DNA of 64,000 nucleotides from a virus (taxonomy: Duplodnaviria; Caudoviricetes). The position numbers were made by a program, and so were the translations under genes. The notes under the pieces are model-generated. The model saw nothing but the letters and a program-made list of their open reading frames with translations. It made no database searches and was not told the origin of the DNA. Every line of letters begins with the position of its first letter. Within the stretch, counting starts at the first letter, position 1. The stretch is from IMG/VR virus record IMGVR_UViG_3300028833_000124, positions 19,650-83,649 of that record; one strand, written 5' to 3'. Below, piece by piece: positions 32,022 through 43,680 of this stretch.

Positions 32022-33515
32022 AATAAATCACCAGTATACTCTCCTTGTTTTCGTAATTTCTGTTTTAGTTCAAAATTTTCTTTTTCAAACTTGTGAATAT
32101 AATCACTTGCTTCATCAGGATTTAAGCATAATTCACCAATTTCTTTTTCAATTTCATGTACATCTAACATTCCTCTAAATGCTAATTGTTGTAATTTAAT
32201 TGTTAAGAAACGATTTTCCATTCTTAAATGTCTATTAACCGCTTTTAATTCAAGACAACGTTGTAAATCATTACTTGTTTGGTATGCTTCCCTTTGCAGT
32301 ACAGATAATTTAAAACAGATTTCTTCTAAAGAGTATTCTTTATCTGTGAATCTGTTTTTGATTTTACCATCCTGAACATAATATTCATCTCTCATTTAGA
32401 TGCCTCCTCTGCCATTCTTTCATAAAAATCTACAATTAAATCATCTTCACCGGTTTCATGTAATAACTCTTCCAAGACATTGATTCTTTCATTGAACATG
32501 TCTCCTAAGATTAATGTGTCTTGCTGATGTTTTAACTTGAAATATTTTTCTAATAATTCTATGATTGCATTTTTGAATAGGTCTTCAACATCTTGAGATT
32601 GTTGCCATAATCCATTCATGAAATCAGCTAATTCTTCTGCATCTTCCAATCTTTCAATATACCAATCCGGAAACTGTTCCAATTCATCAACAAATAATAC
32701 TTTAACATCATTACCATCTTCCCATTTAGCTTTGAATCTTTTATTTTCATATTTTTTAGCCAAATGGTTAAACTCATAATCTTCACATATATCGGGGTCT
32801 TCAGTACAAGATATTACTGTGTTATAATAACAATATCTGCATTTTTCATCAGTTTTCATAAAACCCACCTTTCTAACTTTGTTTGAACTTCCCTACGATG
32901 TAAAACTCTTTTAGAAATGATAATAGCATCACAATAAGGTAATGCTAATAATTGAGTATCATTTACACTTATGCAATCTTTTTTAAACTCTTTTAGTTCA
33001 TCATCTTTTGTGAAACTTGCATCTGTACTGATTGTCCCATCCTCGTCAATAGTTACCAGAGAAACTCTTTCATCATCTTGGATTTGTAATTGTAATTTTT
33101 TTAATTCTTCAACTGTCCTCATATTTGTCCCTCTATTATCCGCATTGCTGCTTTTGCAATTAACCTGTTAATCTGCTTATTATTAGTATGAATTTCAATT
33201 ACAACTTTGTGGAGTAGATTATCATAGATATCTACTCCGGAATTGTATTTTGAATCAAGTATTGTGAATCGTTTAAATGTCATACTTCCTCATCGGTTTC
33301 TGGGATTTCATCACTGTATTCTATTCTGTTTAATATTCTGACTTTTTTATCCGGTTCAACTAATTCAAAACCAAAAGGAACAGCAATAAAATCTGAAAAT
33401 TCTTTATTGATTGCTTCTCCTAATCTCTTGGATATTTCATCAATATTTTTATAAAGTGCTACACCATCCCCTCCCTCTATTCTTAATACTAGACCATATA
33501 ATATATCATAATCAC

Positions 33516-34223
33516 TCATAATCCCACAACCTTTTTAGCAGCATCTAAATCATTATCATAAATGTGCAAACTGCTGCAATTATAATACAAACCATTATAC
33601 TGGAGCAAGGGATATTTTTCTTTCAATGATTCAACTAATTTGAATCCAATATAATGAATGAACATCATATTACTTGTCCATGCTCCGTAACAGTCATTAC
33701 TTCTGAAGATAATTGTTAATGTTAACTTATTATTTCTTATTAATGCTTGAATCCAATTAAGGCATGGGATGTGTTCTTCAACTCCATCTAATCCACAATT
33801 ATATAAAGTTGCAACTGCACGATTACTTCCAGGGTTTTCAGTTAATCTGTATTGCATGATTTCAAGTTGATCCACTTGTACAACTTCACCAAATCTGTCA
33901 ACAGTAGTATGATTTAATAATCTCTCAGGATAGGTGTAGACGAAATCTCCTCCATCAATAATGAATGAGTCATCTAAGCTTGCTACATAATCATGTAATG
34001 CTTCACCGTGCATTACTGCACCTTGGATATCAAAGTATCCTTTTTTGATTAAATTCAAATATTGTTCTGTTGATAAATCATTAGACAAACCATAAGCTAC
34101 AGGAGCTGGTAGGAATTCATGCACTCCAATTATTTCATGAATTAAAGTATCATCTTTAGTATGTGAATGACCTTCTTCAATGATTTGCAATAATAGTTTT
34201 TTCCATGTTTTTTCCATATTCAT
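33516..34223 (-). CDS. thyA: Thymidylate synthase (archaeal ThyA type)
   Basis: 'YTYPERL', catalytic 'IPCL', 'FRSNDCYGAWTSN'; Asn at the specificity position is consistent with dUMP. Confidence 0.85.
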   Translation of the reverse strand: MNMEKTWKKLLLQIIEEGHSHTKDDTLIHEIIGVHEFLPAPVAYGLSNDLSTEQYLNLIKKGYFDIQGAVMHGEALHDYVASLDDSFIIDGGDFVYTYPERLLNHTTVDRFGEVVQVDQLEIMQYRLTENPGSNRAVATLYNCGLDGVEEHIPCLNWIQALIRNNKLTLTIIFRSNDCYGAWTSNMMFIHYIGFKLVESLKEKYPLLQYNGLYYNCSSLHIYDNDLDAAKKVVGL

Positions 34224-34406
34224 TCTTCCATCTCTTTAATTGTTAATACTCTTCCAACATGCATTCCAACAATAGCGTAACATAAAAATAAAGATAAGAT
34301 TGTGAAGATATTATATGTGGTTGTCCAATTGATTAAATAGGATAACACGAAACATAATATCATCACAACCGCTAATGCTAATGCAATTTTATAAAAGTTC
34401 ATAAAA

Positions 34407-34769
34407 TTAATCCTCATAATATCGTTGTTCGTTTTTACTAGGAACACGTTTAACATTCACTTCTTCACAAATACGATTAACTTGCTTTTGTTTCCAACCA
34501 GTTAATATTAATTTATCTCTTACTTTTTTAGCATCCTCCAAAGAAGAATATATCCCAAAAAAATAAGTTTGGGATTTGATTTTCTTTTTAATATGATAAT
34601 TTTGACCTCTTTTTTCAATGTAACTAAAATCAGGGTCTCTGCTTTTAATATCATCTGCATTGAATAAGATTTTGAGATTAGTGTTATGTTTTTTCAAACA
34701 TTCATCTAATCCCATTCCATTTTGCAAATCACGAGTTATTGCTTCAGGAATCATAAGTCTTGCTCCCAT
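34407..34769 (-). CDS. AP2-like DNA-binding protein
   Basis: 'YIEKRG..YHIKKKI....YFFGIYSSLEDAKKVRD'. Confidence 0.55.
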   Translation of the reverse strand: MGARLMIPEAITRDLQNGMGLDECLKKHNTNLKILFNADDIKSRDPDFSYIEKRGQNYHIKKKIKSQTYFFGIYSSLEDAKKVRDKLILTGWKQKQVNRICEEVNVKRVPSKNEQRYYED

Positions 34770-35522
34770 TCTTCACAGTATTCTGTTTCATCCACAAAAT
34801 TCTCATGTTCTTTGCAGTACATTCCTTTGGCTCCGTTGAGTTGGAATCTTGTTTCTGTTTTTTCACAGCTTCCACAACAAGGAACACGGTTCCTTAAACC
34901 TTCTAATTCATTTGCATATCTTGTAATGGGAATTGGATGATAGTAACAATCGGAATGTTTGTCGCAGAATTCTAGTGCTAAATTTTCATCGGTTACGAAT
35001 GCAACGTGTTCATCAAATCGATCTGGGAAAGTTCTTTTGATTTCATAGGTTATTTTGTTACCCGCTTGGATTAGTCTGTTTAACATTCCGCAGATTGAGT
35101 TTGCATCATCTTGTGCTGGAGTGTAATATGATCTTCCAGTTTGTTGATTGATTAGTATGTAATGATGATTGTTTTCAAGTTCTACATAGAATGGTCCCAT
35201 CATTTATTCCACCTCTTCTTTATCTGCTGTTTTGCCGGATGTGTTTTCAAATAAGAGTAATTTATCTGGTGTTTTCATTCCTGCAAAACCATGTTCGTCT
35301 AAGTGTTCTTTGGCCATTTCATCTGCTTTACTCCAATCCATTTTTCCTTTTTTAACAAGATCATAGTTATGTACATAGCATAAGTGTGCTATGAATTGTA
35401 ATGGTCTGAGTATTAAATCGTTGCAATGATTTTCCATACATTTAACTGTTTTCCGATGTTTTAAACAGGTCATGTCACAAAATTTTTTATCATTGACTTC
35501 GCTGAAAACGCAATCAACACAC

Positions 35523-35864
35523 CTATAAGTCATTTAACTCACCTACAGTTTTTCCTTTCAAACTTGGTAGGATAGTATAAACTTTTTCACCAAGTTCAGT
35601 TAACTTGTATAATCTGCCTTTATGAGCCTCCTCATTAATGCAAACCACTATATTATGGTCTTTTAATTCACGTAAAGTTTTACTGATATGATTGCTTCTT
35701 ACATTGCAATTTTCTGCAATGTATTTAGGAGTCATAAAGTTATATTCATGAAGAACAGTTACTGCTCTTTCACGATAACTTGACATTAGCACATATGCTG
35801 CTAAAGATAATATTTCGTTTTCACTCTTCATTTTCTTCCCACCATACTTAACATTCGATTTCAA
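35523..35864 (-). CDS. Winged-helix (MarR-like) transcription regulator
   Basis: 'MTPKYIAE...SNHISKTLRELKDHNIV...KGRLYKLTELG'. Confidence 0.8.
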   Translation of the reverse strand: MKSNVKYGGKKMKSENEILSLAAYVLMSSYRERAVTVLHEYNFMTPKYIAENCNVRSNHISKTLRELKDHNIVVCINEEAHKGRLYKLTELGEKVYTILPSLKGKTVGELNDL

Positions 35865-36267
35865 TTGGTTGTCCTAACCATGTGTAATCTGAATCATCAA
35901 ATTCAACTATTCTGTTAAAATCCCAATCACAGGCTATGCAGATATCTCTTTCATGTTTGGCATCTTCATAGTTATCGAAAGAACCGAAATAGTTCTTTTT
36001 ACCGTTTAGTATTTTGATAACATGGTAATGTCCATTTTCAAAGATGATGTATCTGTTTGCTTTGAAGCAAGGGTTAACCATCCATTTTTTTCCAATATAG
36101 TATGCTCTGTATAATTTTGCTTCTTCAAGGGTGGGGAAACTTCCCCAGTATAATAATACTCCTCCAATTCTTTTTCTGATTTCAAACCATCCGTTACGGC
36201 GTTGGTAAATATATTTTGGGATTTTTTCAAATGTTTTACTGGTATCTTGATAGATATATTTCACCAT
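35848..36267 (-). CDS. Tandem AP2-like DNA-binding protein
   Basis: Two repeats: 'YWGSFPTLEEAKLYR' and 'YFGSFDNYEDAKHERD'. Confidence 0.6.
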   Translation of the reverse strand: MVKYIYQDTSKTFEKIPKYIYQRRNGWFEIRKRIGGVLLYWGSFPTLEEAKLYRAYYIGKKWMVNPCFKANRYIIFENGHYHVIKILNGKKNYFGSFDNYEDAKHERDICIACDWDFNRIVEFDDSDYTWLGQPIEIEC

Positions 36268-36405
36268 TCTGCTCCCTCACAAGTTATTGAAATTATTGGT
36301 ATTATTTCACCGTCAGAATCTCTGATTCTTTTTTGACTTGGTTTTGGTAATAATTCAGGCATTGCATCTGCGACATTACGATAAAATCTTTTATCCATAA
36401 ACTAT

Positions 36406-38664
36406 TCACCTTTCTTTGAAATGGAATTTCCAAACTTCCTTACATCCCTCATCATCAGGGATGATTATTTCTGTGTGATGAATGCGGACATTTTTTAAAC
36501 TGAATTCATCTTCAAATTCATTAATGTATTGTTTGAATTTTCCATCTGTAGTTATGGTAATATGATCCATTGTTAAACTTTCCTCAACATCAATTGGCAT
36601 TAACATTAAATCGTGTTCTTCAAACCAATCACGTACTTTGCTCTTAAAAGCTAAATCTTTACTGAGTAGTTCAGATTTTGCTTCTAAATATTCTGAATAT
36701 AAACTCATAATTTCACCTTTTCCATTTTTTAAATCTAATTCTATCTCCAATACTTACGAATTGGATGAAACCAGTTTCACGGTCATTGCGAACTGCTTCT
36801 GTTAATTTTTTATAAACTTCTTCTGTGACTGTTAAACTAGTATTATTAGGACTGTTTTCTTTTAAAGCATCGTAAAAACTTGAACTAACACATATGCTGT
36901 CTGTGAAATCATTGTTTATTGTTAAATTTAAACGAACAGTTTCCAAACTGCATTCTCTTTTAAATTCAACTACTGCCATATCATCATAATCTAAATCAAA
37001 GAAATCAGACCATGTTGATGGTTTATAAGTGTAAATCCATTTTTCCTGGAATCCATCACCATAATTATTCATAGTTTTAAGAGATTCTTTTTTAATGGAA
37101 CATAATTTACATTCAAAGGTTTTACAGAATAAATCATGCCATTTTTTAGTCCAAGTGTTTTCACCCATAACTTCAACGTCTAAATAGAAATTGTAGCCAT
37201 GGTATGCAGCTAATGCTGTTACGAAAATGTTAATCATTTCAGGTTCACCGTTTTCTTCTCTCCAAAATTTCATTTCAAAGTTTTGGAGATCATCATGCAA
37301 TAATCTGATTGCATCATTTAATTGTATAAAATTATTATTCATGATAATTCACCTTTTATTATGCATGAAACAGCATCCATTAGTGGTAATTAATTCGTCA
37401 AATAATGTGCAGAGATTTTTATAACGATGAAGACAATTCACACAAGATTTATGCTCTTTATTTTTTTTAGAGCTCATTCTTTCACCTTGAATTGTAAAAC
37501 ATATTTTTCAAGACTAATACGATTATCCAATAATTCTAAATCTTTACGAATAAGACTAGTGTTCTGTTTAGCTAATTCATAAGTATCAGTTAACTCAGGA
37601 TATTCTTCATCAATATAAGCTTGAATCTGTTTCTCTGTTGGACTTTTACTTAATTCATATTTCTCTTTTACCATGTCCGGATTTAATCTAACTTTATTAG
37701 CTTTGTGAGCTAATTCTAATTTTAAACTAACTTCACTATTCACAGCATCTTTTAATTCTTTAATCTTTTCTTCTTTATCTTGCAGTAATTTATCAAAATC
37801 CCACACTGCATTTATATCCGTATGTCTTAATGGAATATGTTCCAAATCAGTCATTATATCACTCCTAAACCTTTTAAACTATTAACTGCAACAAGAATGA
37901 ATAATAAAACATTTATACAAATTAAACCAGTAAGGACATAATCGCCATATTTATAATGGAATGAATCCTCAATTTTCATCTGCAGGATTTCCTGACAGAT
38001 TTCAACTTTTTCATATAATGTTTTTTCCTGGTCTTTTGTAATGACTTCACGATATTCCTCTGGTGCATCTTCACCCAACTGAACAACTAACTCTCTTGGA
38101 GCGCCTTCCAAATATTTTTGCGCATCTCTGGCAAAAACAAGGAAACTTTTACAACCTAACCCTCCAAAAATATTAACTTCATAACTATCATCATCTTTTT
38201 CAGGAGACAGTAATGTCACAACTTCCTCCATAGTAGATGGATTAAAGGTTATGACTCCGTAAAATCCAGTATTGAATTTCACAAGTTTGAAACCTAATTC
38301 TTTATCCATTTCTTGTGTTTCTAAAATTTTATAATCAGCTGCATCATATTCAATCATAGTCATAAGGATCAACTCCTTTAACATGATAAACTGGGAAATC
38401 AGTTAATTTCCGGAAACCATGTTTTTTGATTAAAACATTAAGTAAATCTTCTAACATGTCCTCATCTATGGCATATTCCCAGATACTTTTAACACCCTCT
38501 TTTGTGTCCATGATTTCATGGTTTTTACTGGTGTTCTCAATTAATTCCTCACGTATACTGTCACATAATGTTGTAAATTCTTCATCTGTGCATAATGTTT
38601 GATGAGCCAATAAGATTCTCTTGTTTTCGTATCTATCACCAGACCACAAACAATAAACAAACAT
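36406..38664 (-). other. Five hypothetical ORFs (36406-36750, 36713-37342, 37474-37854, 37854-38384, 38350-38664)
   Basis: ORF track; coupled spacing; no recognisable motifs (37474-37854 is helical, weakly UvsY-like). Confidence 0.5.
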
Positions 38665-40410
38665 TTAAACCACTCCATTTGCTAATCCATAATCCACACC
38701 TTCCAAGAAGTATTCTTCAAATAAATGCAAATTATATTTTAAAAGATTCTCAAAAGCTTCATCAACAACATAAGTAACACAAACATCAGAACTACTTCTA
38801 ATACCACGACCATAACTCTGCATTAATGGGATGGTGGTGTGGAAAGTATACCAATCTTTATCCAAATCACATCTGGTCTTAACCTCATTTTTATAAACCG
38901 GACGAGGAACTTTAAAAATAATCTGAGCAGTACATAAAGGACCTTTAAAATCAACACCCTCTTTAATGGATGGACTAATCAGAATATTATAGACATCAGA
39001 AGATTTAAACAATGAAATATACTCATCCCTTTCATCTCCATAAGCAGATAACACATCATAACCCTTATGTTCTAATTCTTCATATAACCAATTGGTTTGA
39101 TCTATAGAACTAGTATGAATCAAAATATTTTCACCTTTATGATAATTCAAAAGTCCATAAATACCAGTTAAAACTGTTTCATTTTTCCACGCAGGAACAA
39201 CTTTCCCATTGATATAAGAATTATATTTTGCATTGAAATTACCAAGATAATTTTTAATTACCGGTCGATTCTCAACAGGAAACGGAGATTTCTCATAAAT
39301 AAAACAAGTATCATTACTATTAATCCCAATCCAATTACAATATGTTTCAGGATTTGGTAAAGTTCCTGTGAAGAATAATCTAACTTCACCTAAACCCAAT
39401 AATCTTTGAGTATACTCTTTACCAAACAATGGTTTAAATAAGATATTATTCCTTTTATTATCAAACCAATCTTCATGCTTTGGTATTTTCACAAACCATT
39501 CACCAGAACTTAAATTATTAATCTTGTGTTGGATTTGCAATATTTTCTGGTCATACTCCAATTCAATGGCCTTGATAATGTTATCATCTGCACGTCCTTG
39601 CAAATCACCAACCTCTATGGATTTCTTTTCCTCAAGCTTAGCAATTATATCCTCATGAATTTTAATCCAATACTTATTAGATTGTAATTCTTCACTTTCA
39701 GCATCAAAAACATAGATATTATACTGTTCATAAATCTTATCAGGATTAACAGAAAATCCTATAATATCCATCATAATATTTTCAAAGTTATGGCATTCAT
39801 CAAATATGATTAAATCTCTTTTTTCAAAACGTTTGATAACATGACTATTGAAATAAATACTATGATAATTTGCATTAACATAATTGTTTTTTTGCGCTGC
39901 CAATATAGCTAAACGATAAGGACAGTCTGTGCATTTCCAAATCATCATGTTATTAATGATTTCATCATATTCTTCTTCAGAGATATAATCATGAAATGTG
40001 AATGATCTTCCATGTTCACCATTGAGTAATTCTTTTTTATCTGCAATGCTCCCATTTTCATTAACTTGTTCAACATAACAATTATCACAGGAAGAGTTGA
40101 AGAAACATGGGTAATGTTTTTTTCCTTTTAATTCCACGAGCATTTCTTCAAAATCTTGCATGTATTGTTTTTGAAGATTAATTGTTTTAGTGCAAATATA
40201 TGCTGAACTGAAACAATTTGCTAATGTTGTTGCTATTGCAGATTTCCCAATTCCAGTACCGGCATTAACAATTATATTCCTGTAACCATTTTTTAATGCA
40301 GCATCTATTTTTCGGAAGATTCGTATTTGTGCTCCAGATGGAGTATGCTTTGGTAATGTCCAATATTGTTGATATTCAGAATTTTGAAACCATAATTCTA
40401 AATCATCCAT
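38665..40410 (-). CDS. DinG/Rad3-like SF2 helicase
   Basis: 'AGTGIGKS', 'DECHN', 'FTGT', 'EGVDF', 'QSYGRGIR'; Cys cluster 'CFFNSSCDNC'. Confidence 0.85.
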   Translation of the reverse strand: MDDLELWFQNSEYQQYWTLPKHTPSGAQIRIFRKIDAALKNGYRNIIVNAGTGIGKSAIATTLANCFSSAYICTKTINLQKQYMQDFEEMLVELKGKKHYPCFFNSSCDNCYVEQVNENGSIADKKELLNGEHGRSFTFHDYISEEEYDEIINNMMIWKCTDCPYRLAILAAQKNNYVNANYHSIYFNSHVIKRFEKRDLIIFDECHNFENIMMDIIGFSVNPDKIYEQYNIYVFDAESEELQSNKYWIKIHEDIIAKLEEKKSIEVGDLQGRADDNIIKAIELEYDQKILQIQHKINNLSSGEWFVKIPKHEDWFDNKRNNILFKPLFGKEYTQRLLGLGEVRLFFTGTLPNPETYCNWIGINSNDTCFIYEKSPFPVENRPVIKNYLGNFNAKYNSYINGKVVPAWKNETVLTGIYGLLNYHKGENILIHTSSIDQTNWLYEELEHKGYDVLSAYGDERDEYISLFKSSDVYNILISPSIKEGVDFKGPLCTAQIIFKVPRPVYKNEVKTRCDLDKDWYTFHTTIPLMQSYGRGIRSSSDVCVTYVVDEAFENLLKYNLHLFEEYFLEGVDYGLANGVV

Positions 40411-40413
40411 TAT

Positions 40414-40815
40414 TTATAACCCTCCTCTTTTTGTTTGTAACTCCCGTAACTCATTATAACAATCACGGATACATCTTTTTAAAACTCTTCTACGAATACG
40501 ATTCTGTTTCGGATTAAAACCCACAAAAAAACTTTCATAATCCTTTTCAGGAAACTCTCTTTTCAAATTCAAAGCTTCTTCATAAATCTCTTCCAAAACT
40601 TTTAACTCATTTTTATAATCAGATAACTTCGCATGTATCTGAATAAACTCATTACTGAGTATGCAATGATTCTGATGAGAACATAAACTATGATGATTAT
40701 ATGGATCATACTTACAGGAGAATTCATTAACACGTTTATTGTGAATCCTATCCCATTTCTGTTGGGAAATTTCCTGGTTAATTTTCTTATAATCAATCAT
40801 GTTTTTTGACCTCAA
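40414..40815 (-). CDS. Hypothetical protein
   Basis: ORF; Cys/His cluster followed by coiled coil. Confidence 0.5.
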   Translation of the reverse strand: MRSKNMIDYKKINQEISQQKWDRIHNKRVNEFSCKYDPYNHHSLCSHQNHCILSNEFIQIHAKLSDYKNELKVLEEIYEEALNLKREFPEKDYESFFVGFNPKQNRIRRRVLKRCIRDCYNELRELQTKRGGL

Positions 40816-40823
40816 TATTTTTT

Positions 40824-41231
40824 AGCGACAAGTTAGCGACAAAAAAATATTGTCGCTTTAATTCTTTCTTAAAATTGTTAATTTAACAAAATAAAGCAGT
40901 ACAAGTCTTATTAACAGATAGTCAAATTATAGCGACAAAACAAAAGTTTTAGCGACAACTATCTAAACAAGACCATATAACACTTTACAAGTCCATCCAA
41001 CAATTTTAAACCAATATCCAAAATTTGAGCGACAAAAAATTATAACCATATGCGAGACATAAACAACAATGTAAAATTTTGTCGTTGCCAAAATTTTTGT
41101 CGCTATAAAAAAATTCAAAAATTGAATATTCCTTTAAACTTCTTCTTTTACCAAACAAAGCAATAATATTCATTTTTCACATGATGATTTTAGCGACAAA
41201 CCCATTTGTCGCTTTATGTCGCTTTGTCGCT
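40824..41231. repeat. Iteron-like array (AGCGACAA/TTGTCGCT), putative replication origin
   Basis: Direct copies at 40824, 40835, 40931, 40951, 41028, 41192; inverted copies at 40850, 41097, 41206, 41224; variants at 41079 and 41216; non-coding, AT-rich spacers. Confidence 0.75.
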
Positions 41232-41300
41232 AAACATAAACTACAGCAAAATACTGCTTTAATTTAACAACAAAAACATCTAATCTGCGAAAAACTATAT

Positions 41301-43043
41301 TTAACTATCAAAATCAACCCAAAATGGTTTAATAATATCATCACTTTGATTTAAAATACTAACCTCCTCATTTTCTAAACTATCAATAGAAATAATGCTC
41401 TCTGCAACTTCTTCAGGATATTCATAACGTAAATGTTTAATAGCAAAATCAGATAAAGAAAATAAGTTACTCCAATCAGCATTAGTATCAGAATTACTCA
41501 TCAAAGCATACATATTACTACGGGAAGATTTTCCAACAACTTTAAGATAACCCTCACTATTCAACTCACTGAAATATCTTTGTAATGATCTCTTATTCAA
41601 ATGAACATTACCATTCTCATAATAATCATTCACAGTAAAACCAAAATCAAGAGCCTCTTCAAATCGAGTATCTGGTTGATAATCCCACTCCCCATCATGT
41701 TCAACAATATCTTTATAAATTTCAGTAGCTTTTTTAGATAAATTATGAGTAATACTTGCTTTATAAGTATTAAATAATGTAACAAAATACATTAAATCAA
41801 CCGGTGTAGTGAAAATAACCTTTTGATTATTTATTTCAAATATTGGTCGATTAATACTATTGAATGCAGTAATCACTTTCAAAATACCATTGTATTTATC
41901 ATAATCTCTTTTATAAAATTCTGATTCTCCAATAAACTTAAGAATAGATTCACTATAAGGATTTACAATAGTAATATCCGCAAATTTATATCGTAAACCT
42001 AAAACCATTTTCTGAACATTACTTTTTAAATCACACATAGACTGATAAATCTGCTCTGTTTTACTCCCTTTCAATTCCAAACAAGATTTTTGAGCATTAA
42101 AAATTTTCCTATTATCTGTTCTAGGAGTGAAAATAAAACTACGAGATAACTCCTGACTATCAAAATCATAATTAGGAACAGTAGTGTAAGTTAAGCACGG
42201 AAACCCTTTTAAAATAAGGTCAACAACTTCAAATTCCCCATCAACTTTAATAGTAATAGGTCTAACAAGATGACCATCGGTCTGCAACTCTTTTAGTAAA
42301 TTTTTAGTTTCTTCAACCTCATCTTGGTCACTACTTCCACCTAAATCCCCATAAACTACAATTTTACCATCATAATAATAAGGATTTGTTTCAGCACGAC
42401 GAAACATAGCAGGAAGCGTAGGTTTCTTCTCATATATAACAAATTCTTCCGGAATCATAGATAATGCAGTATTTTCTACAAATGTTTTCCCAGATGATCC
42501 TTCTCCTAAACCAATAACTGATATAGGATTTTTAAGAATCACTTGACTACAATAACACAAGAATGTAATCATAGTGTTAATCCTTTCACCAGCAGTATAC
42601 CAATCAGTTAATGAAGCAATATATAATAAAGGGTCCATTTGTTCTTCAAAAATGTTTAATCCATCTTCATAAGATTGTTTATTCTGAGCTAACTCATCTT
42701 CTTCATTTTGTTTTTGAACTGCAGTTTCTACTTCCACATATTCATCAACAAAACTTTCTAATGCAATTTTTAAATTACTGAAAATTTCAGTAATTTTAGA
42801 TTTGTTATATGCATTTGTTGGATCAATGTGTTTTTTGATTTCTTTACCTATGGCTGAATTTTCGGTAAGTTCTAATGGAGTTTTCCCTTCTAATTTACTG
42901 ACTAATTTCTTTGTGTCATCATAAAAGAAATATTTACAGCCTTTTTTATATGGAATTGCTTTAATAGTATAGTTATCTTCTAATTTGATTCCATAATCAA
43001 GGTTCCATAATTCTTCTTGTTCAGGTGCTGCTTCTAATCCCAT
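41301..43043 (-). CDS. AAA+/P-loop replication protein (initiator or helicase) with C-terminal wHTH
   Basis: Walker A 'GEGSSGKT', Walker B-like 'IVVYGD', Arg-finger-like 'ELSRS', wHTH 'KRSLQRYFSELNSEGYL'; adjacent to the iteron array. Confidence 0.7.
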   Translation of the reverse strand: MGLEAAPEQEELWNLDYGIKLEDNYTIKAIPYKKGCKYFFYDDTKKLVSKLEGKTPLELTENSAIGKEIKKHIDPTNAYNKSKITEIFSNLKIALESFVDEYVEVETAVQKQNEEDELAQNKQSYEDGLNIFEEQMDPLLYIASLTDWYTAGERINTMITFLCYCSQVILKNPISVIGLGEGSSGKTFVENTALSMIPEEFVIYEKKPTLPAMFRRAETNPYYYDGKIVVYGDLGGSSDQDEVEETKNLLKELQTDGHLVRPITIKVDGEFEVVDLILKGFPCLTYTTVPNYDFDSQELSRSFIFTPRTDNRKIFNAQKSCLELKGSKTEQIYQSMCDLKSNVQKMVLGLRYKFADITIVNPYSESILKFIGESEFYKRDYDKYNGILKVITAFNSINRPIFEINNQKVIFTTPVDLMYFVTLFNTYKASITHNLSKKATEIYKDIVEHDGEWDYQPDTRFEEALDFGFTVNDYYENGNVHLNKRSLQRYFSELNSEGYLKVVGKSSRSNMYALMSNSDTNADWSNLFSLSDFAIKHLRYEYPEEVAESIISIDSLENEEVSILNQSDDIIKPFWVDFDS

Positions 43044-43101
43044 AGTACTTTTTCACCTCCCGGTCCAGTTGATTTAAAAAAAATTTTAACCACCAGCCCA
43101 T

Positions 43102-43647
43102 TTATTGGATGCTGGTGATTTTGAAAGTTGGATAATTACTGTCAGGAACTTCAACCTGTTCGACAGTAACTCTTTTACCTTCAACAAATTTTGCAACATT
43201 TTTCAAATTAATTTTTTTGAAAATGTTAATCTCATCTCCAGTTTTAGGGTCTATGAGACTTTTTGGGTCAACAATACTCATAATTCCAGTTAAGAAGTTC
43301 CAAAGGTTACGATGGAAATCAAATCTTTCTGTTGGTTTTTGAATACGTGTTGCAATACCATTGTCCTTAAATTTAGGACAGTTAAGGTAGATGTCTAAGT
43401 ATTCACCAACTTCAACGTCATCATCAACCATTTTAGGTTCTGGGTGTTCATCAACTAATCTGACTCTCATTTGACTGTATTTTTTAATTTCATCATCTCT
43501 TTCAACAATTGGGAACAATTCAATAACAGCTTCACCGCTGAATGATTGACCTTTAACCATATCTGAGAGGTAGTATCTTGCGTAGTCTTCTAAATCGTTT
43601 TCTTCAGTTCCGGTTTCCATTCCAAATAATTTATTTAAATCGGCCAT
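43102..43647 (-). CDS. Hypothetical beta-rich protein (SSB candidate)
   Basis: Lies between the annealing protein and the AAA+ protein; function inferred from synteny only. Confidence 0.35.
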   Translation of the reverse strand: MADLNKLFGMETGTEENDLEDYARYYLSDMVKGQSFSGEAVIELFPIVERDDEIKKYSQMRVRLVDEHPEPKMVDDDVEVGEYLDIYLNCPKFKDNGIATRIQKPTERFDFHRNLWNFLTGIMSIVDPKSLIDPKTGDEINIFKKINLKNVAKFVEGKRVTVEQVEVPDSNYPTFKITSIQ

Positions 43648-43680
43648 AATAAATCACCATTAAATTCATATTTCATTTTT

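Larger units (their letters stand above)
24183..33519 (-). other. Dense cluster of roughly 30 short hypothetical ORFs (early/accessory region)
   Basis: Tightly packed minus-strand ORFs, often with ATGA overlaps; many Cys-rich or coiled-coil; several share a 'V.dkLNEL..e' motif. Confidence 0.7.
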
